NCBI GenBank assembly: GCA_022813965.1
Contig: JALDZS010000010.1
Coordinates: forward strand, 1 to 64,000
Source: Toensbergia leucococca
Lineage: Eukaryota
Direction of reading: 5' to 3'
DNA length: 64,000 bases
Positions within the stretch are counted from its first letter, which is position 1. The number at the start of each line of letters is the position of its first letter. A program made the translations under genes and the position numbers. The notes beneath the pieces are model-generated. The model had not been told where the DNA came from. It searched no databases and worked only from the letters and a program-made list of their open reading frames with translations. Below are positions 37,947 through 51,176 of this stretch, piece by piece.

Positions 37947-40900
37947 ATGGCGCCCCCAAAGGGCTTGCGAGAACCCCATGCGCCGGCCGAAGAGGATTCC
38001 GAGAGCAAGGCTTTCTTTCAATCTTTAAGAGACTTCCATTCGCGAAGAGGGTATGGAGCTCTGCTTGGGTCCGCGCTTTCAAGAGCAATAGCTGACTTAC
38101 ACTCTGCGCAGTACCGTTCTTGATGTCCATTCTCGTGTCAATGGCAAACATATCGACCTATTTAAATTATACAACGCTGTTGTAAAGCAAGGTGGATATG
38201 ACAAGGTCAGCTCGGAGAAACTTGCCTGGCGACAGATTGGTGCGCAATTCAATGTGGGAACCACAAACGCGGCGGCCTATGCATTCGCTCTGAAGACTGT
38301 ATACTATAAAAATCTTTCGTTGGTTACCACAGCTCTTATCTCTTTGCCACGCTGAATTTTGCAGTGCGTACGAACTCAAGACACAACACAATCAAGAGCC
38401 ACCTCCGAAAGAGATTCTTGAGAATGTCACTGCCAAAGGAGGTGACCTTCGAAATCGGACATTAGAAAACTTCAAGACTCCCCAACGCAGAGAGACTCTG
38501 ACAAACGGACAAGAAAGCGATAGTACAGGTGAGGAGGAAATTAGAACCCCCAAAGAAGAGAGAATGGATATAGATGACCCCGGTAGTGGAGCGGGACGTA
38601 CCACAAGAGGTGAGCTCAATACGCATGTTCTGCCACCGACTCACACGGTATGGTTAAGGTTGACTTCTCATGACTTGTCAAGGTCTGCGTCAAGCTCCAC
38701 CTCAACGGGTGCTATTTCAACCAGACGTGTCATCATCACGACAAGCGCGTCATTCGTCCGGTCACCTTCGTTCTCCACAGCCAGCACATACTTCAACAAC
38801 CAGTGGCTACGCTTACAGTTCTTCCTCCAACTCAGCCAATATGCCTTTCGGTATTTCGAGCTACGAGCCTACGCCGCTAGTCCCGATGAAAGTCACGCCT
38901 CTTGCCACTCCTGGTAATGACCCAGAACAGTTCCAAAAGGACCAGGCAGAGTTCAAAAAGAATCAGGCTCGTGAGGCTGGAACAATCATGCCTGTAAAGA
39001 CTCCTCCAAAAAACGCAGGCATGATGAAACCCGGAGGTAGGTGTCCTGGTCCAGTTTTGTCATAAGTCTGAGACTAACCTGGCTATTAGCTGGTTTTGAT
39101 GGACCTAATATCTACATTCGAACCCTACTTGGGCTTCGATGTGGTATACCTGCAGAGGTAGACTATGCCTTACATCATCTTGTTAAGATATCCCATGAAC
39201 GAGGAGACAAGTACAAATTTGAAGCTTTTCCTGGTCTTGCCGAAGGTCTCATGGAGAAAGTTCTTGAAGTCGGCAATTTATTCTACGACATAAAGTGGGA
39301 AATATGTTACACCGAAGACGATACTAAAATCCACCTTCTAGAGGGCCTTTTTGGCACCAAAGACATTCTCGAGAGGATTATGCACCTCAAACGGCGGGAT
39401 ACTTCGGATGAATTGGAGACACCAGAGTTCGTTCACGATCTCAATAAAATCTGTGAGGCTGGACTAGTCATTCGAAACATGATCCTACTCGAAGATAACG
39501 CCGAGTATCTCGCTGATATGGCACCTATTCGGGACTTAATCTGCATCGTCCTGAATCTCCCTCCTGATCCGCGTGTCAACGAGCTTCAGCATTACGCCTT
39601 AGAAATAGCTGAGGAAGTCACAAAATACTGGTCGCTTGACGAACGGGATCCCGTTTACATTTCGCTCCTTATGCAGCTCGAGAGTCAAGATCGTGGTAGA
39701 ATTCTCACTGCGCTTCGAGCCTTGAGCCGGATCTCCATGAGCCTTGAAGATTCTAATCTTCTCAAAGGCGTTCCCATATCATCGATCACCCGTCTTTGCC
39801 AATTTACTCTTCTTGACGACGAAGAGCTCATTCACGCGTCTCTAGATTTCCTCTACCAGTACACTGCTGTCCCTGAGAATGTCGCGCTTCTCCTCACGCA
39901 CTTCAGCACTATCCCTCTCCCTGCTTTCCTCGCTGAACTTGTCCGCCTCCTCCTCTATCAAGCCCAACAATCCGTTACCAAGCAACTTGTTTCACCGGCT
40001 ATCCCGGCCGTAGCTGCTACAGATATCCCAGATGTTCCGTTCGACCTTCTCGATCAGATCCTCAAACATGACGAGCCAGAACGTTCAATTCACTGGCTAC
40101 GAGCTTGCTTTGAAGAGGACCCCGAGAGCGACATAACACAAATTCGACTTTGGCAGGCATATCAAGCTCGCTTCACTGAGTTCAGCACGCCGCTGAAGCC
40201 TCTTCTGCCTGCGGCAGAGTTCATCAAAAACGTAAGTACTACCTTTACGGGGGCGAATGCACAGGTTGTCAACGGGCCCGTTGCCAAGTATACGATCAAG
40301 GGTATTCGACCACGCCACATTCCAATGGACATGAAAGGGCGATCCTTCTCGCGTTGCTTGTGGAAACCGTTGGGGGCGGCAAAAGCGTGTGGAGAATTTA
40401 TTCTCAAGCCTCAAGCAATGTGGGAACATGTTGTCACATCACATATTGGTATTCCACAAGACGAAGAAGGACGTTTTAATTTTGCGGCTGCTTCATCGTC
40501 ACAACAGCAGCCACAGGATTGTTGTTGGGCTGGCTGTCTACATTTCGCTAGGGTCGGCGGTGTTCCATCGCCTTATGATGTGGGTATGCACATGAAGACT
40601 CATCTCCCAGACACATCAAGGAAAGCACTGTTGAGACAGAAGCAAAATCGGTCCGCTCCCACGCTAACTTTTCCCACTGGACGTAAACGAAAGCACGATG
40701 ATGATACTGTGGATACCGATGTGGATGTGGGCGGGACAGAGGCAACCTACTCTTACCAAATCTGGCGGAACACTGCCGTTGACGAACGTGGTGATGCGGC
40801 CGGCCTCCCTCTCACCAGCGTACTCATTCTGCGAAATTTGGCGAGGAACGTACCAAAGGCTTCTGCGTTGCTTGAAGGAGTGGCCCGCGCAAAGGGCGAG

Positions 40901-41029
40901 GAGACGTGGATGGAACAGCTCTTTGGAATTCACATGAAGAAATTAGGGTTTGTGATGGCACACAACCGACCTCTTGCCGGTTATGTTTCCAACCTATTCT
41001 ACTGCATCGAAGAAGGGGTTTTTACTTGA
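37947..41029 (+). CDS. RSC9: RSC chromatin-remodelling subunit Rsc9 (ARID + armadillo + RFX-like)
   Basis: ARID: HIDLFKLYNAVVKQGGYDKVS.EKLAWRQI. Also GPNIYIRTLLGLRCGIPAEVDYALHHLVKISHERGD, WLRACFEEDPESDITQI.LWQAYQ, DERGDAAGLPLTSVLILRNLAR. Start MAPPKGLRE at 37947. Confidence 0.9.
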
Positions 41030-42284
41030 GTTAGGAGCGACCATTACACCGGCGCAGTTTTTCCTACGTACCAGTAACCGTTGTTCGGGGGAAGGATCGG
41101 ATCATTTACTAGCGACTAAGATACCTGGTTGATTTGATGCGGCGTCGAGGCACTGGTGTATTAGGCGCACTTAACATGTCGACTCAAAAGCACAGTTTGT
41201 TGGCAGAACGATTCATTTTATCTATGCAGAGTGAACTAGACGTATGATGACGGAGAGGGTGTAGTCTAGCCTAGAACTGTAGTTCTCCATGTCGGTCTGG
41301 CAGTACGGTGACACGATCATCATTTGTACATAGACAGCAGACCTCATAAATCCACATGTAATCCAGATAGGAAAACGTACAATCGTTCAGCGATCTGAGC
41401 CCATGATGCTGTAACAATCAGATCGTATGCTACTTTGGTACATCTAAGCATAAGATGCGTGTCGAGGCCGGAATTGAGGACAAGTGTGGAATGCATAATT
41501 CGTCAATCGTCATGCAACGGTTTTCAATGCAGCTGGACGGGAATAGAGTCGATGTGCAATTTTCCTACTGTCTTTGGTGTAGTCGGCGGAAGGACAGGCC
41601 TTGATGCTAGCGCTTTAGGGTTACAGGGTGCACAGCCGAGGACCACTAGGCCTGATGTAGCAGCCACAGATGTTCTTTGAGGGATTTTTGCTAGGGCCGA
41701 GGGCACGACTCAGCCACGCAATCCTTCACAAAACAAAGAGATGCAATGAATGGGTCGATTAATGGCCCGTCCTATCGTTGTGGGTCTGGCATATGAACTG
41801 CATTGGCACATATAGAAGGCACTCCATGTTGCAGCTGCGGAAGACTGGCGGTTGAGAGGTGGCATGAACGATGAAAAGGTCGTTGCAATCCATTTGATAA
41901 AAGTGAGGCTGTCAGCTGGCCGAACTAACATAAAAGCCTTTCATCCCACTTCCGCCTTTCATCCCACTTTCTTACACCGACAGCCAAGGCCAGACAGCTG
42001 CACCATTTTGGTCTTCTGGTGTCCTGCTGTCACGGCCGGCGCCATTCGGTGCAAGGCGAGGCCATCTTTGCGCTTTCATTCATCTTCAGGCGTTCGGCGG
42101 TCTATTCTAGCGTAATACCCTATCGCGATATCATTACATACTTGTTATATGTCCTCCGAGTCCATCAAAACCACTCCACATCCTCTTCCCTTCTGCCGTG
42201 CTAATCTTACCTGATCTTCCTCCGTCCACGTCGCCGCCTCGTTCGAGGATTGCACTACACGCCTTGTAGCAGGCCAAAGTGGTG

Positions 42285-43861
42285 ATGTTGGTCGATGGAG
42301 AGAAATATGCCTGTGAAGCATGTGTGAGAGGGCATCGTGTCAGTAACTGCCAACATTCTGGTAAATGCCCATTCCTTTCATTGTTTTTCTCTTCTCCAAT
42401 GATACTTCGGCGCAAGGTGGGCTAATCTCGAGTCCAGACCGGCCTCTTACCCACATTAATAAAAAAGGCCGTCCTGTGTCACAATGTCCTCATTGTCGAG
42501 TCCTCCGCAAGTCTCGTGCTTCTCACGTCAAATGTGACTGCGGCGAGAAGCCTCACAGTCCAGCAAAATGCTACTCCCAATTCGAGACAAGCGACTCAAT
42601 AAGTGAGCTTGGTGACAATAGTGCCGAGTCAGGCTCTGATCTTGGTTCAGTCGATCCTCATACTTGTTGCTGTAGCCACGGCGCCCGATGTACTTGTGCA
42701 CTGAAGAAGGAACACCTCGACCCTGTACCTGAAGTCGACATCACAGACACTCCCCAACCGCGGTCGACGTTGGATTTTCGAAGGCCTCAGCTTACTACGA
42801 CACCGTCCGAGAACTCACTAATTGTCTTTTCAAATGGCCATCACAAGCCGGCACATAAGCACAATGATGCAGCCCGAAAATGTGGAGCTCCTTACAGTAT
42901 TCCCAGGCCTCACAGTATACACGGACATTCGGACATTGCACAAAAGTCAATGGACCACCTACCGTTAGTCAGAAATACGGAAGAGGCTCGTTCGCAGTTT
43001 CAAGAATCCATCTCTAGCGCTCAACAAGAAGTCCGACTCGTCAGATCTGAACACAATTCGCCCCAAAGTAGAGCTGTCCTAACCGTAGACGAGCTCAATC
43101 GTCACATACCCCCTCTTGATCTCAGCTTTCCGACGTACGACGATAACCCCTCAAGCCCATTTGGTGACGATTACACGTACCAACCTGCAAATGTGCTTGA
43201 AACATATTTCCCCACGTCTGAAGAACAACCAGTACTCTCCGCTGGTCTCAATATGCCTGCTGTTAACTGGACCGCCTTCGACCTCCCTCTGGATAACAAT
43301 GCATTTTCTAGCACTTGCAGTCAACCTCCATCATACGCAAGCTTTGAATACAGTAACATCGGGCAACCAGGCCTCACAACATCATCATCCGGCGAAGTTT
43401 CTGAAGCTGAAGACTATATGCCACACGGTGGCCCAAGTCCTCCAATCCCAGGGCCCAATCACATCGTCTCCAATTCGCCAGATGCTGCAGAATCAGAAAT
43501 ATATCGCCTGAGCTCAGCTTCATCCTATCTAAGCCTACCACAAGCATCTCTCCTTGCGGCCAGCAATATCGATAAGCTCGATATCGACGCCTTCCTCCAT
43601 GCTACCGCCACCTGCCCGGGCGACTTCGAAGTCCACAATCTCGCAACAACAGCAGATGCGGATCGGTTCTCTCGCCACGGCTTCACCGTACGGGACGCGC
43701 AGAAGCTCGCGCACCCCTGCGTGCCCACCGAGGCTATGGGAGACCTATCCTTACCAACCCCAAACGACAACATCAATCCGCCTTGGGCATCATCCTTCAA
43801 CGGCGAGGACCCATCCCTGGACCCAGAACTCGATATCCCGGACAGTCCGTGGGCCAGCTAA
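42285..43861 (+). CDS. Copper-fist transcription factor (AceA/Cup2/Haa1-like)
   Basis: Exon 1 MLVDGEKYACEACVRGHRVSNCQHS spliced (intron about 42361-42437) to DRPLTHINKKGRPVSQCPHCR..RKSRASHVKCDCG gives the copper-fist domain; downstream CCCSHGARCTC Cys cluster. Confidence 0.9.
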
Positions 43862-44598
43862 CAGTGGGGGCGAGGCATCAGGCCTTCTAGGGACGGATTT
43901 GCTGTACTGAGATGTGTCAGCCTCAAAATTTAGCGAGCGTGGGCATTCGGCTGCGTTTTATGTTCGTGTATAGATTCCCTTTTGAGCTTTCAATCTCGAC
44001 GTCGTCTATGGTGCGGGGGCTTATAACGATGCCATAACAGGGTGTATTCAAAAGTCGCATTCTAGGCTCCCGAAGATAGTCAAAATGAGAGGATTGATCC
44101 GAATTCACTTCCTCCAGTGGTTTGAATTTTGACAGGCTTGATGAGTAAGACGTGCTCTTACAGGCGGTGTGAGGTCCATTTGCTCCTCTCTTAATTATTC
44201 CTCCTAGGCCCCATCCCTACCTATTACCCCACTATCCACCCCACCCCGCCTGTATCCAATACCCCAACCATCAGGTACTCCCTCTCCGTCAACAATCCCT
44301 CCAAATTCGCCTTACCCCAACCAACCCGAATCACCTAGAGAGAATATTGCCGTGGATACCTTGGTGAACAGCGTCGACGATCATGGTGCCACGCCTGACA
44401 TCCAGCTAGATGGGTCTCTGTCTAACGTGCACTTTTGATATATATGTGGGGTTAAATTGACCATGTATCTGGCTTTGTTGATTTTTTGGTGACGAAGCTA
44501 TGGGATGAACCCAGTGCTTTATTTCCTCGGAGCGTGACTTATTCCAGGATGACGCTAACACCTCATAATCTCTCGACCTAGATCCCACCAAAGCTTCG

Positions 44599-45791
44599 TC
44601 AACCGTCAAACCAAGGCTCATTCGCCTGCACAAAATCCTCCCAGCTCCCCGGCGCATCCTCCATCTGCGCCAGCGTCCACTCCAAGTCCTTCATCCCCGT
44701 CGGACCGTAGTAAGAGTACTCCGTGATGAGGCCCGCGCTCTCCTTCACCATGGCCATCATCGCAGGCGGCAACGAGCTGCTGGACGTACCGCTGGGGATT
44801 TGCACGAATGTTACTTTCTTGCCGGTGATTTTTGTCCAGGTGCTGACCATTTCTGTGGGGTGTAAAAGGCTGTTGCTGCGGTGAGGGATTTGTGGTTGTA
44901 TTTCTCTGGGGCGAGGAGGGCGAGAGCGAGGAATTTGCCTGTGTCGGTGATGTCGATTAGGGGGATCTGAGTTTGGGGGGACCATGTCACGGCGAATTCT
45001 AGGGCGCCGGGTTTGTTCTGTTGGGTTACCTGGGTTAGTTTCTTCAATGTGCCTCGTTCGGGTGATGGTAAATGTAGAAGATTGCTTTCATGTTCAACCC
45101 CTTTTTGGGGGACTGGAGAAAAGGGAAAATCAACTGACGGGCTTGGGCTTGTAGATGCTGGTCATGTTCTGCATGTAGAAGGCGGGCATGTAAAACGTGC
45201 TTTTGATGGGTAGGCCGCGGATGTAGGTTTCCACGTCGGCTTTGCTGTCGAAGTGTTTCACGCCGCTCAGCTTACCGCCTGTCATACGGGTTACGTGCGG
45301 GAGTGAGGACCAGATCAGGAGGGTGGCGCCGGCAGCGACGGCGGCATCGGCCATGGCTTTGCCCTGGGCGATCTCGATTTCGGCGGATGCTTTTTCCCAG
45401 ACTGGAGAGGTTTGGGGTGTTAGATGTTGCTCTGGATTGGCTTTGGCTGGGGGACTTGAGATGAGTACGTACAATTAGTGACGGCAAAGATGGCGTAGGA
45501 GCCCTTGACGGCGTGCTTTAGGGCGAATTTATCGTCCATGTCTGCCTGTGAGCCGATTAGTATGATGGATATATATACAGATGACATTTGGGTATATAAT
45601 TCTCTGGTTTCGATTACCTTGATAATCTCAACACCCCTTTCCTTCAGCACCAAGGCAGCAGGTTTAGACACATCTCGAGTCACGCCACGGAGCTGGAATT
45701 CTGTCGAAAGTTTGGGGTGCTTCAGTATGTAGTCAATTAAGCTTCCACCTTGCTGGCCCGTGGCGCCGAAGACGGTGAGAAGCTTGCTCAT
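44599..45791 (-). pseudogene. NmrA-like/HSCARG NAD(P)-binding protein with a 1-bp frameshift in the last exon (pseudogene or homopolymer sequencing error)
   Basis: MSKLLTVFGATGQQGGS, EIAQGKAMADAA, LIWSSLP, HFDSKADVE, IDITDTGKF. Homologous sequence switches frame at ...FYTP/TEMVSTW over the G4 run at 44857-44860 with no intron signals. Family call is strong; pseudogene status is uncertain. Confidence 0.75.
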
Positions 45792-46305
45792 AGCTGCGTT
45801 GGATAGACAGGATTCCAGTTCTTTGAAGTAGACGACTCCAAGATGTTCTTGATACTCTATTACATTGCGTATGGGATCCAAAGGCAACCCATTCGATGAC
45901 CCCCGTCTAAACGGTGGTGGTTGATTTCTAAGAAACCGGGGCGAAGGCAGTCCCGAGTTCCGGCTCCTCGACGGTCTTATGATCAATTTGTCGGAAATAA
46001 CGAGACCTCTTGATTGACAGCTGTGTCGACGTGTGACATTTTGCTTTTATTTCTTTTCATCGAAATCTGTGATTAGAAAAGGAACGAAGTTTTCAAGCAG
46101 ATAGTCTCTAAGTTTTCTGAAACATGAATTCTTCCATGTCTCTTCGGTTTTCAGTCTAGGTACACATTCTCTTTGGCCACTGTCAAAAAAAATCTCTTCC
46201 TTGCACTTGACTTCCCTATGATATTTGCAACATAAACAAAATAGCCAAGCAATACATCCCTAGAAAATGTTGCATTTCTTCTCCGAGTACAGAAAAGAGG
46301 TATCT

Positions 46306-46902
46306 TCAATTCACATCCTTCAAAAATGGTAGACCTGCCTTCTTCGACTGTCTCTCGGAGACTTTTTTATCATCAACATTCACCCACACAGCTTGCCGAT
46401 CCACCATTTCAAACACATAAAAAGTCTGCCCCATCTCTTCCAGAGTTCCCTGCTGCAAAAAGACCTGGTCATAGGCACCACCAAACCCATTTTTCTTGAT
46501 CAAAGCGTCCGCCTCGGTGATGTCCATTGGGACCGGCAACGGGACCGCCTCATCTGGCGACCAAGTCTCGGTGGCTAAGGCGATCTCCCCCCATAAGCCG
46601 GGTAGGGTGGAGGTGATGTAGGCTGTGTGGTAAAGGCTGAGACCAAATGTGACAACAAGTCGTGTAAGAGAGGCGGGGGATGTGACACCTAGATTGTCGG
46701 GGTGAGTAGCCGAGACGGTCGAGAGTACAGCGGAGTGGTCTCGAGACTTTACTATGGTTACGGCATCGTTGATTCGGGAAAGGAAGGTTGGGTTGAAGCG
46801 AGAGAGGAAAGATATTGAGCTTGGTGGGATCGTTGGGAGAGCAAGAGAGAGGGGTATGGACAACGTGACGAGGAAAAGGTTGATTAGGGCGAGAGAGTAC
46901 AT
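46306..46902 (-). CDS. Small Cys-free secreted protein (198 aa), unknown family
   Basis: ATG at 46902 gives the signal-peptide-like MYSLALINLFLVTLSIPLSLA|LP. Single exon. The longer ORF-track extension has no ATG start and looks non-coding. Confidence 0.75.
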   Translation of the reverse strand: MYSLALINLFLVTLSIPLSLALPTIPPSSISFLSRFNPTFLSRINDAVTIVKSRDHSAVLSTVSATHPDNLGVTSPASLTRLVVTFGLSLYHTAYITSTLPGLWGEIALATETWSPDEAVPLPVPMDITEADALIKKNGFGGAYDQVFLQQGTLEEMGQTFYVFEMVDRQAVWVNVDDKKVSERQSKKAGLPFLKDVN

Positions 46903-47861
46903 GTTGTTTGGGAATGTCTGAAGGGGAGAGGATAGGGATGGAAGAAAGGTCTTGTAGAAAGGAGCTTCAGTGCCTACTATAAGAAAAGCGATTGAAAATG
47001 AGGGCTGAAGGTTAGTTTGGCAACCAAGGTATACAAGATGCGGACAATCATTGAATACAAGTGATTTGCATGTTTCATGAGCATATGAGGTCGGCAATGA
47101 GGCGTTTGAGATGTGTACCTTATTTCATGATATGCGATATGCACAAGCGCAACGCCAGTGGCTTTTGGACATCCGCGAAGAGATACCTAATGTAGTGTGA
47201 GTTCTTGAGGTCGTTAGGTAGGTCTGACAGTATTTTTCTGACAAAGCATAAGAGGCCTTGACTTATGAACGACAGCAGGTTAGAAGGGATAGTATAAAGA
47301 GCGAGATTGGTCTCATGTGGAGTGAAAATATCGACGAAGAGTCAGGCAAGGCAATACCTAGATCATATGAAATACTTCATGAGATGGTGAGAATTTGAGA
47401 GGCTGTTTGAAGGCCTGTTGCGATTGTTTGAAGGGGCGACTACTGAAAAAGAGGGGTGATTCGAATGTCTACCTACTTGTAGTTCAAATACTTAGCAGAT
47501 GGAGTTCTCCAGGTACGGATAGTGATGAAAAGGGTGGAAGCGCGTCGAGCGGTGGAATAGCTCTCAGCCTTACCTTATCCAGCCCCCTGTCCCTGTCCGA
47601 CTCACATGCAGGGACACTTATTCTTCGATGCCTCAGCTAGGGGCTTAGAGCATCCTATATCGACATCAGCAGTGTGCTCTTTCCATGTCGCATTGCAGCA
47701 TCCTTCACAGCTACACGTGGAAATATGCCGTCACTACTCGTACCACCTCGGTATGCCATTCTGTCCAGGGAAGGAATGCCTCTTTTCAAACCCACGCGCC
47801 GTCCTTGTTTGACTAACCACAACAATCCCTCGTTCTTCCTCGTTCTCCCAATCTTTCTAGT

Positions 47862-49081
47862 ATGAGTGGACTTGGAGATTTCAAGGCTGTTCGCAAGGAC
47901 ATAGTGAATCTGCTACATCAACCTGAATACGACGATGGCAGTGCTGGTCCCGTCCTTGTGCGACTAGCATGGTGAGCCCACCAAGTCTTACTTTCAATCT
48001 TCCTAATCATCATGAAGCCCCTCTGACCATCCAAATTATAGGCACTCTTCTGGCACCTATGACCAAGAAACGGACACCGTAAGTTGAACATTGGTCTCTA
48101 TATATTCAAGATCATACTAAAACAGAAGCAGGGCGGATCCAATGGGTCTGGTATGAGGTATGAAGCGGAAGGAGGCGATCCTGCCAACGCCGGTCTTCAA
48201 CACGCCCGAGTCTTCCTCGAACCTGTCAAAGCAGCTCATCCTTGGCTCACCTACGCAGACCTATGGACATTGGCTGGTATCGTCGCTGTCAAGGAAATGG
48301 GTGGCCCAGAAATACCTTGGAAAGGTGGGAGAACCGATTATGTGGATGACACCAAGTTGCCGCCTAGAGGACGCCTACCCGATGGGGCGCAAGGTGCAGA
48401 GCATGTTAGATATGTGTTTGGGAGAATGGGATTTAGTGATCAAGAAATTGTTGCGCTCAGCGGGGCACACAATTTAGGGAGATGTCACAGCGACCGATCG
48501 TAAGTCTATCTTTCGAATAGTGCTCAAAAGGCCTAATTAAGAGGCAGACTGCGCTTTCCACTCCAGCGCTTTTCCTCTTAAAAACTTCGAGGAGGTGGCT
48601 GACTTATATAATCCCATTTAGGGGCTTCGAAGGAGCTTGGGTGAACAACCCCACAAGATTTTCCAACCAGTATTTCAGGTTGATGATGAGCCTGGATTGG
48701 AAGAGAAAGAAGCTTCCAAACGGGGTCGAGCAATTCATGTATTACGACGAAGACCTCGACACGGAATTGATGATGCTCCCTACGGACATGGCGCTCCTAT
48801 CCGATCCGCATTTCTCACCTTGGGTCAAGAAATATGCAGATGATGTAGATCTCTTCTTCAAGGACTTTTCCGAAGCCTTTGCGAAATTACTTGAGCTGGG
48901 AATCCAAAGGGACGGAGAGGGAAAGATCACGAACGCGGACAACGAGAAAGGTGGTTATCTCGCTGCGCCGAAAAAGAAAAGCAGCCCTGGGGCACCTGAG
49001 AAAACAAGTGACGACAAAGTTCAAGGAGATGAAGGTAAGCCACTGGCTAATAAGAATGCTCACTTTAGAGCGCATTTGTAG
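47862..49081 (+). CDS. Class I heme peroxidase (cytochrome c peroxidase-like, Ccp2 type) with C-terminal PTS1-like AHL, 4 exons
   Basis: [22 protein letters not shown] (distal R-W-H), [21 protein letters not shown] (proximal His), GFEGAW, LMMLPTD. No mitochondrial presequence; ends FRAHL*. Confidence 0.92.
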
Positions 49082-49363
49082 GAAAGGAAGAAGCTCGATG
49101 ATTGTCCGTCATAAACCCCGCCGAATTAATGGCGTGCATTAGAGTATAGACACGTAGAATACTTAGACAGACCTTTAGAGCACTTGCTATTCAATTAAAA
49201 TGCTCACTGCTAGCTAGCCAATCATCTCCTTGATGTGACAAGGTCGAATTATGAGGGGAAAAGGGGTTGAGACTTGAGTTGGGGTTGAAGCCCTAGTGCG
49301 GCAGCTTTTCCCGAGCCTCCATCAAACTTCACTCACGACTTTACATTATTTTGTACATATACA

Positions 49364-51176
49364 ATGGCCAAACGTAAAGCGCCCAAATCGTGGGCAGAAC
49401 AACTCGCTGATCTTGAAGACCCTGCTCCTAAGGGTAGCTTACTTCTATTCTTCCATATGTACCAAGCTGACCTCTCTTAGATCTTGATCCTGAAGAGCAT
49501 GCCGAACCCTTGAACAACAATGAAAGCTCGGATTCGTCAAGCAATGGCGAGCATGATGTCGAGGCACGCAACCATTACCTAGACGTTGGGTATGTCATTC
49601 CAAAATACAGGGAAGACGTTGAAACGAGGAGAAATTGACCGTCGTCAGACAGAGCAAGCTTCGCAAACGGGACATAGCTACACTAGGACCTCAATACGAA
49701 GGGTCACGCGTCAGTCGAGATACACTGTTTGCAGACGAGAGCGATGAGGATCCGTTTGTTAGCGGCGGTACTAGCTTATACGAAGATTCGGAGGAGTCCG
49801 ATGTTGCGGATCCGGAAGACGTGGATCTAGACGGACCGGAAACAGGGGGGGATGATGAAATTGATAGTGATGAGGCCTTTGGGGATGGGGATGAGGAAAA
49901 GTTTGAGGAGTATGCGTTTAGGGGAAGCAAGATTCATGGAATGGATATTAGAGAAGACGCAGGAGAAGAAGAGGACGATGAGGATACAGATATTGTGATG
50001 AACGGGGCAAATGGTGCCGTTGGAAAATTGCTAGAAGAGGGAGCATCATCGCGATCGGAAGAAGACCAGGAAGTCGCAAGCAGCGGAATGGATGAAGACT
50101 TGGAGGAAGACCCAGACTCAGTAATCGACGATTCTTCAATATCTGATGACCCGTCCGCCTCCTCCTCCTCCTCAATCAGCACCTCCAGCAAATCCAGCTC
50201 CCCCAACTCCGAGCCCTCCTCCCGCAAGGCTATCCGTGAAATGATGTCCACCTCCAAGTCTACCGTCCTTTCCACCCTGTCCCTTGCCGCAAAGGCCGAC
50301 CAAATTAAAGGTGCCGCAACAAAGCACCAACAGAAAACCTTCTCCACCCTCCTAAATACCCGCATTCGTCTTCAAAAAGCACTTACAGCCAGTAACGCTC
50401 TCCCCCCCACCTCATCAACGACCATTCTCCCCACCCCAGAGCTCCAAGCCGCCGAAACCGCAGCCCTGGGCCTCTGGACCGCCCTCAATACCCTCCGGCA
50501 TTCCCTCGCTCCGGCCCCCGACCGAAAAAAACGCCCCTTCACCGCAATCCTCTCAACCCCTACCGCAGACCTCTGGGCCGGGATGCAATCCCACGAAACG
50601 CACTCAATCCCCACCCGCCGCCGCACCCTAGAAAAATGGTCTCTCAAAACCCAACCCCCACCACTTCCCTCCGCGAAAAACAAATTTTCCACAACTCCAA
50701 CCCAAACCCCGCTCCTTACCCTCCTAGACACGCACCTCGCCCCCCCAAACAGCATCCGCCTCCTCTCGCAATCCCTCGCCGCCCCACAATCCACCTCCCC
50801 CACCTCACAAAAAACCTACGACGACACTCCCTTCTACACCGCCCTCCTGCGCTCCCTGCTCTCAGAGCGCATGTCCCAGCCCCATACCGCCACCACCACT
50901 GCCTCTCCAAATCCCCTACCCCTTCATCCCCCTAAACGGAGAAAACAGGTCGATACAAAGGCTAGTAAAGGCCGCAAGTTGCGCTATACCGTTCAGGAGA
51001 AATTGCAGAACTTTACGGCTGTGGAGGATCGGGGTGGGTGGGGAGAGAGGCAGGAGGCGGAGTTGTTTGGGAGTTTGCTGGGGAGGAGGGGGGAATTGGG
51101 AGAGGAGAGTGAGGAGGATGGTGGAGATGAGGGTATTGGGGGAGAGGAGGACGGGTTGAGGTTGTTTAGGAGCTAG
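49364..51176 (+). CDS. BFR2: Bfr2/AATF SSU processome component, 3 exons
   Basis: EDPAPKDLDPEE, RNHYLDVGQSKLRK, GPQYEGSRVSRD, KGAATKHQQKTFSTLLNTRIRLQKAL, YDDTPFY..LL, VDTKASKGRKLRYTVQEKLQNF, ELFGSLLG. Confidence 0.9.

Noticed and set aside
48500..48621. Internal CTAAT...CAG (48533-48547) alternative acceptor in the peroxidase intron
   Set aside because: Its use leads to an in-frame stop within about 11 codons and there is no evidence of use; likely incidental.
42285..49081. Copper TF + NmrA + secreted protein + peroxidase as a redox/metal gene cluster
   Set aside because: No shared motif, transporter or biosynthetic core gene; adjacency alone is insufficient.
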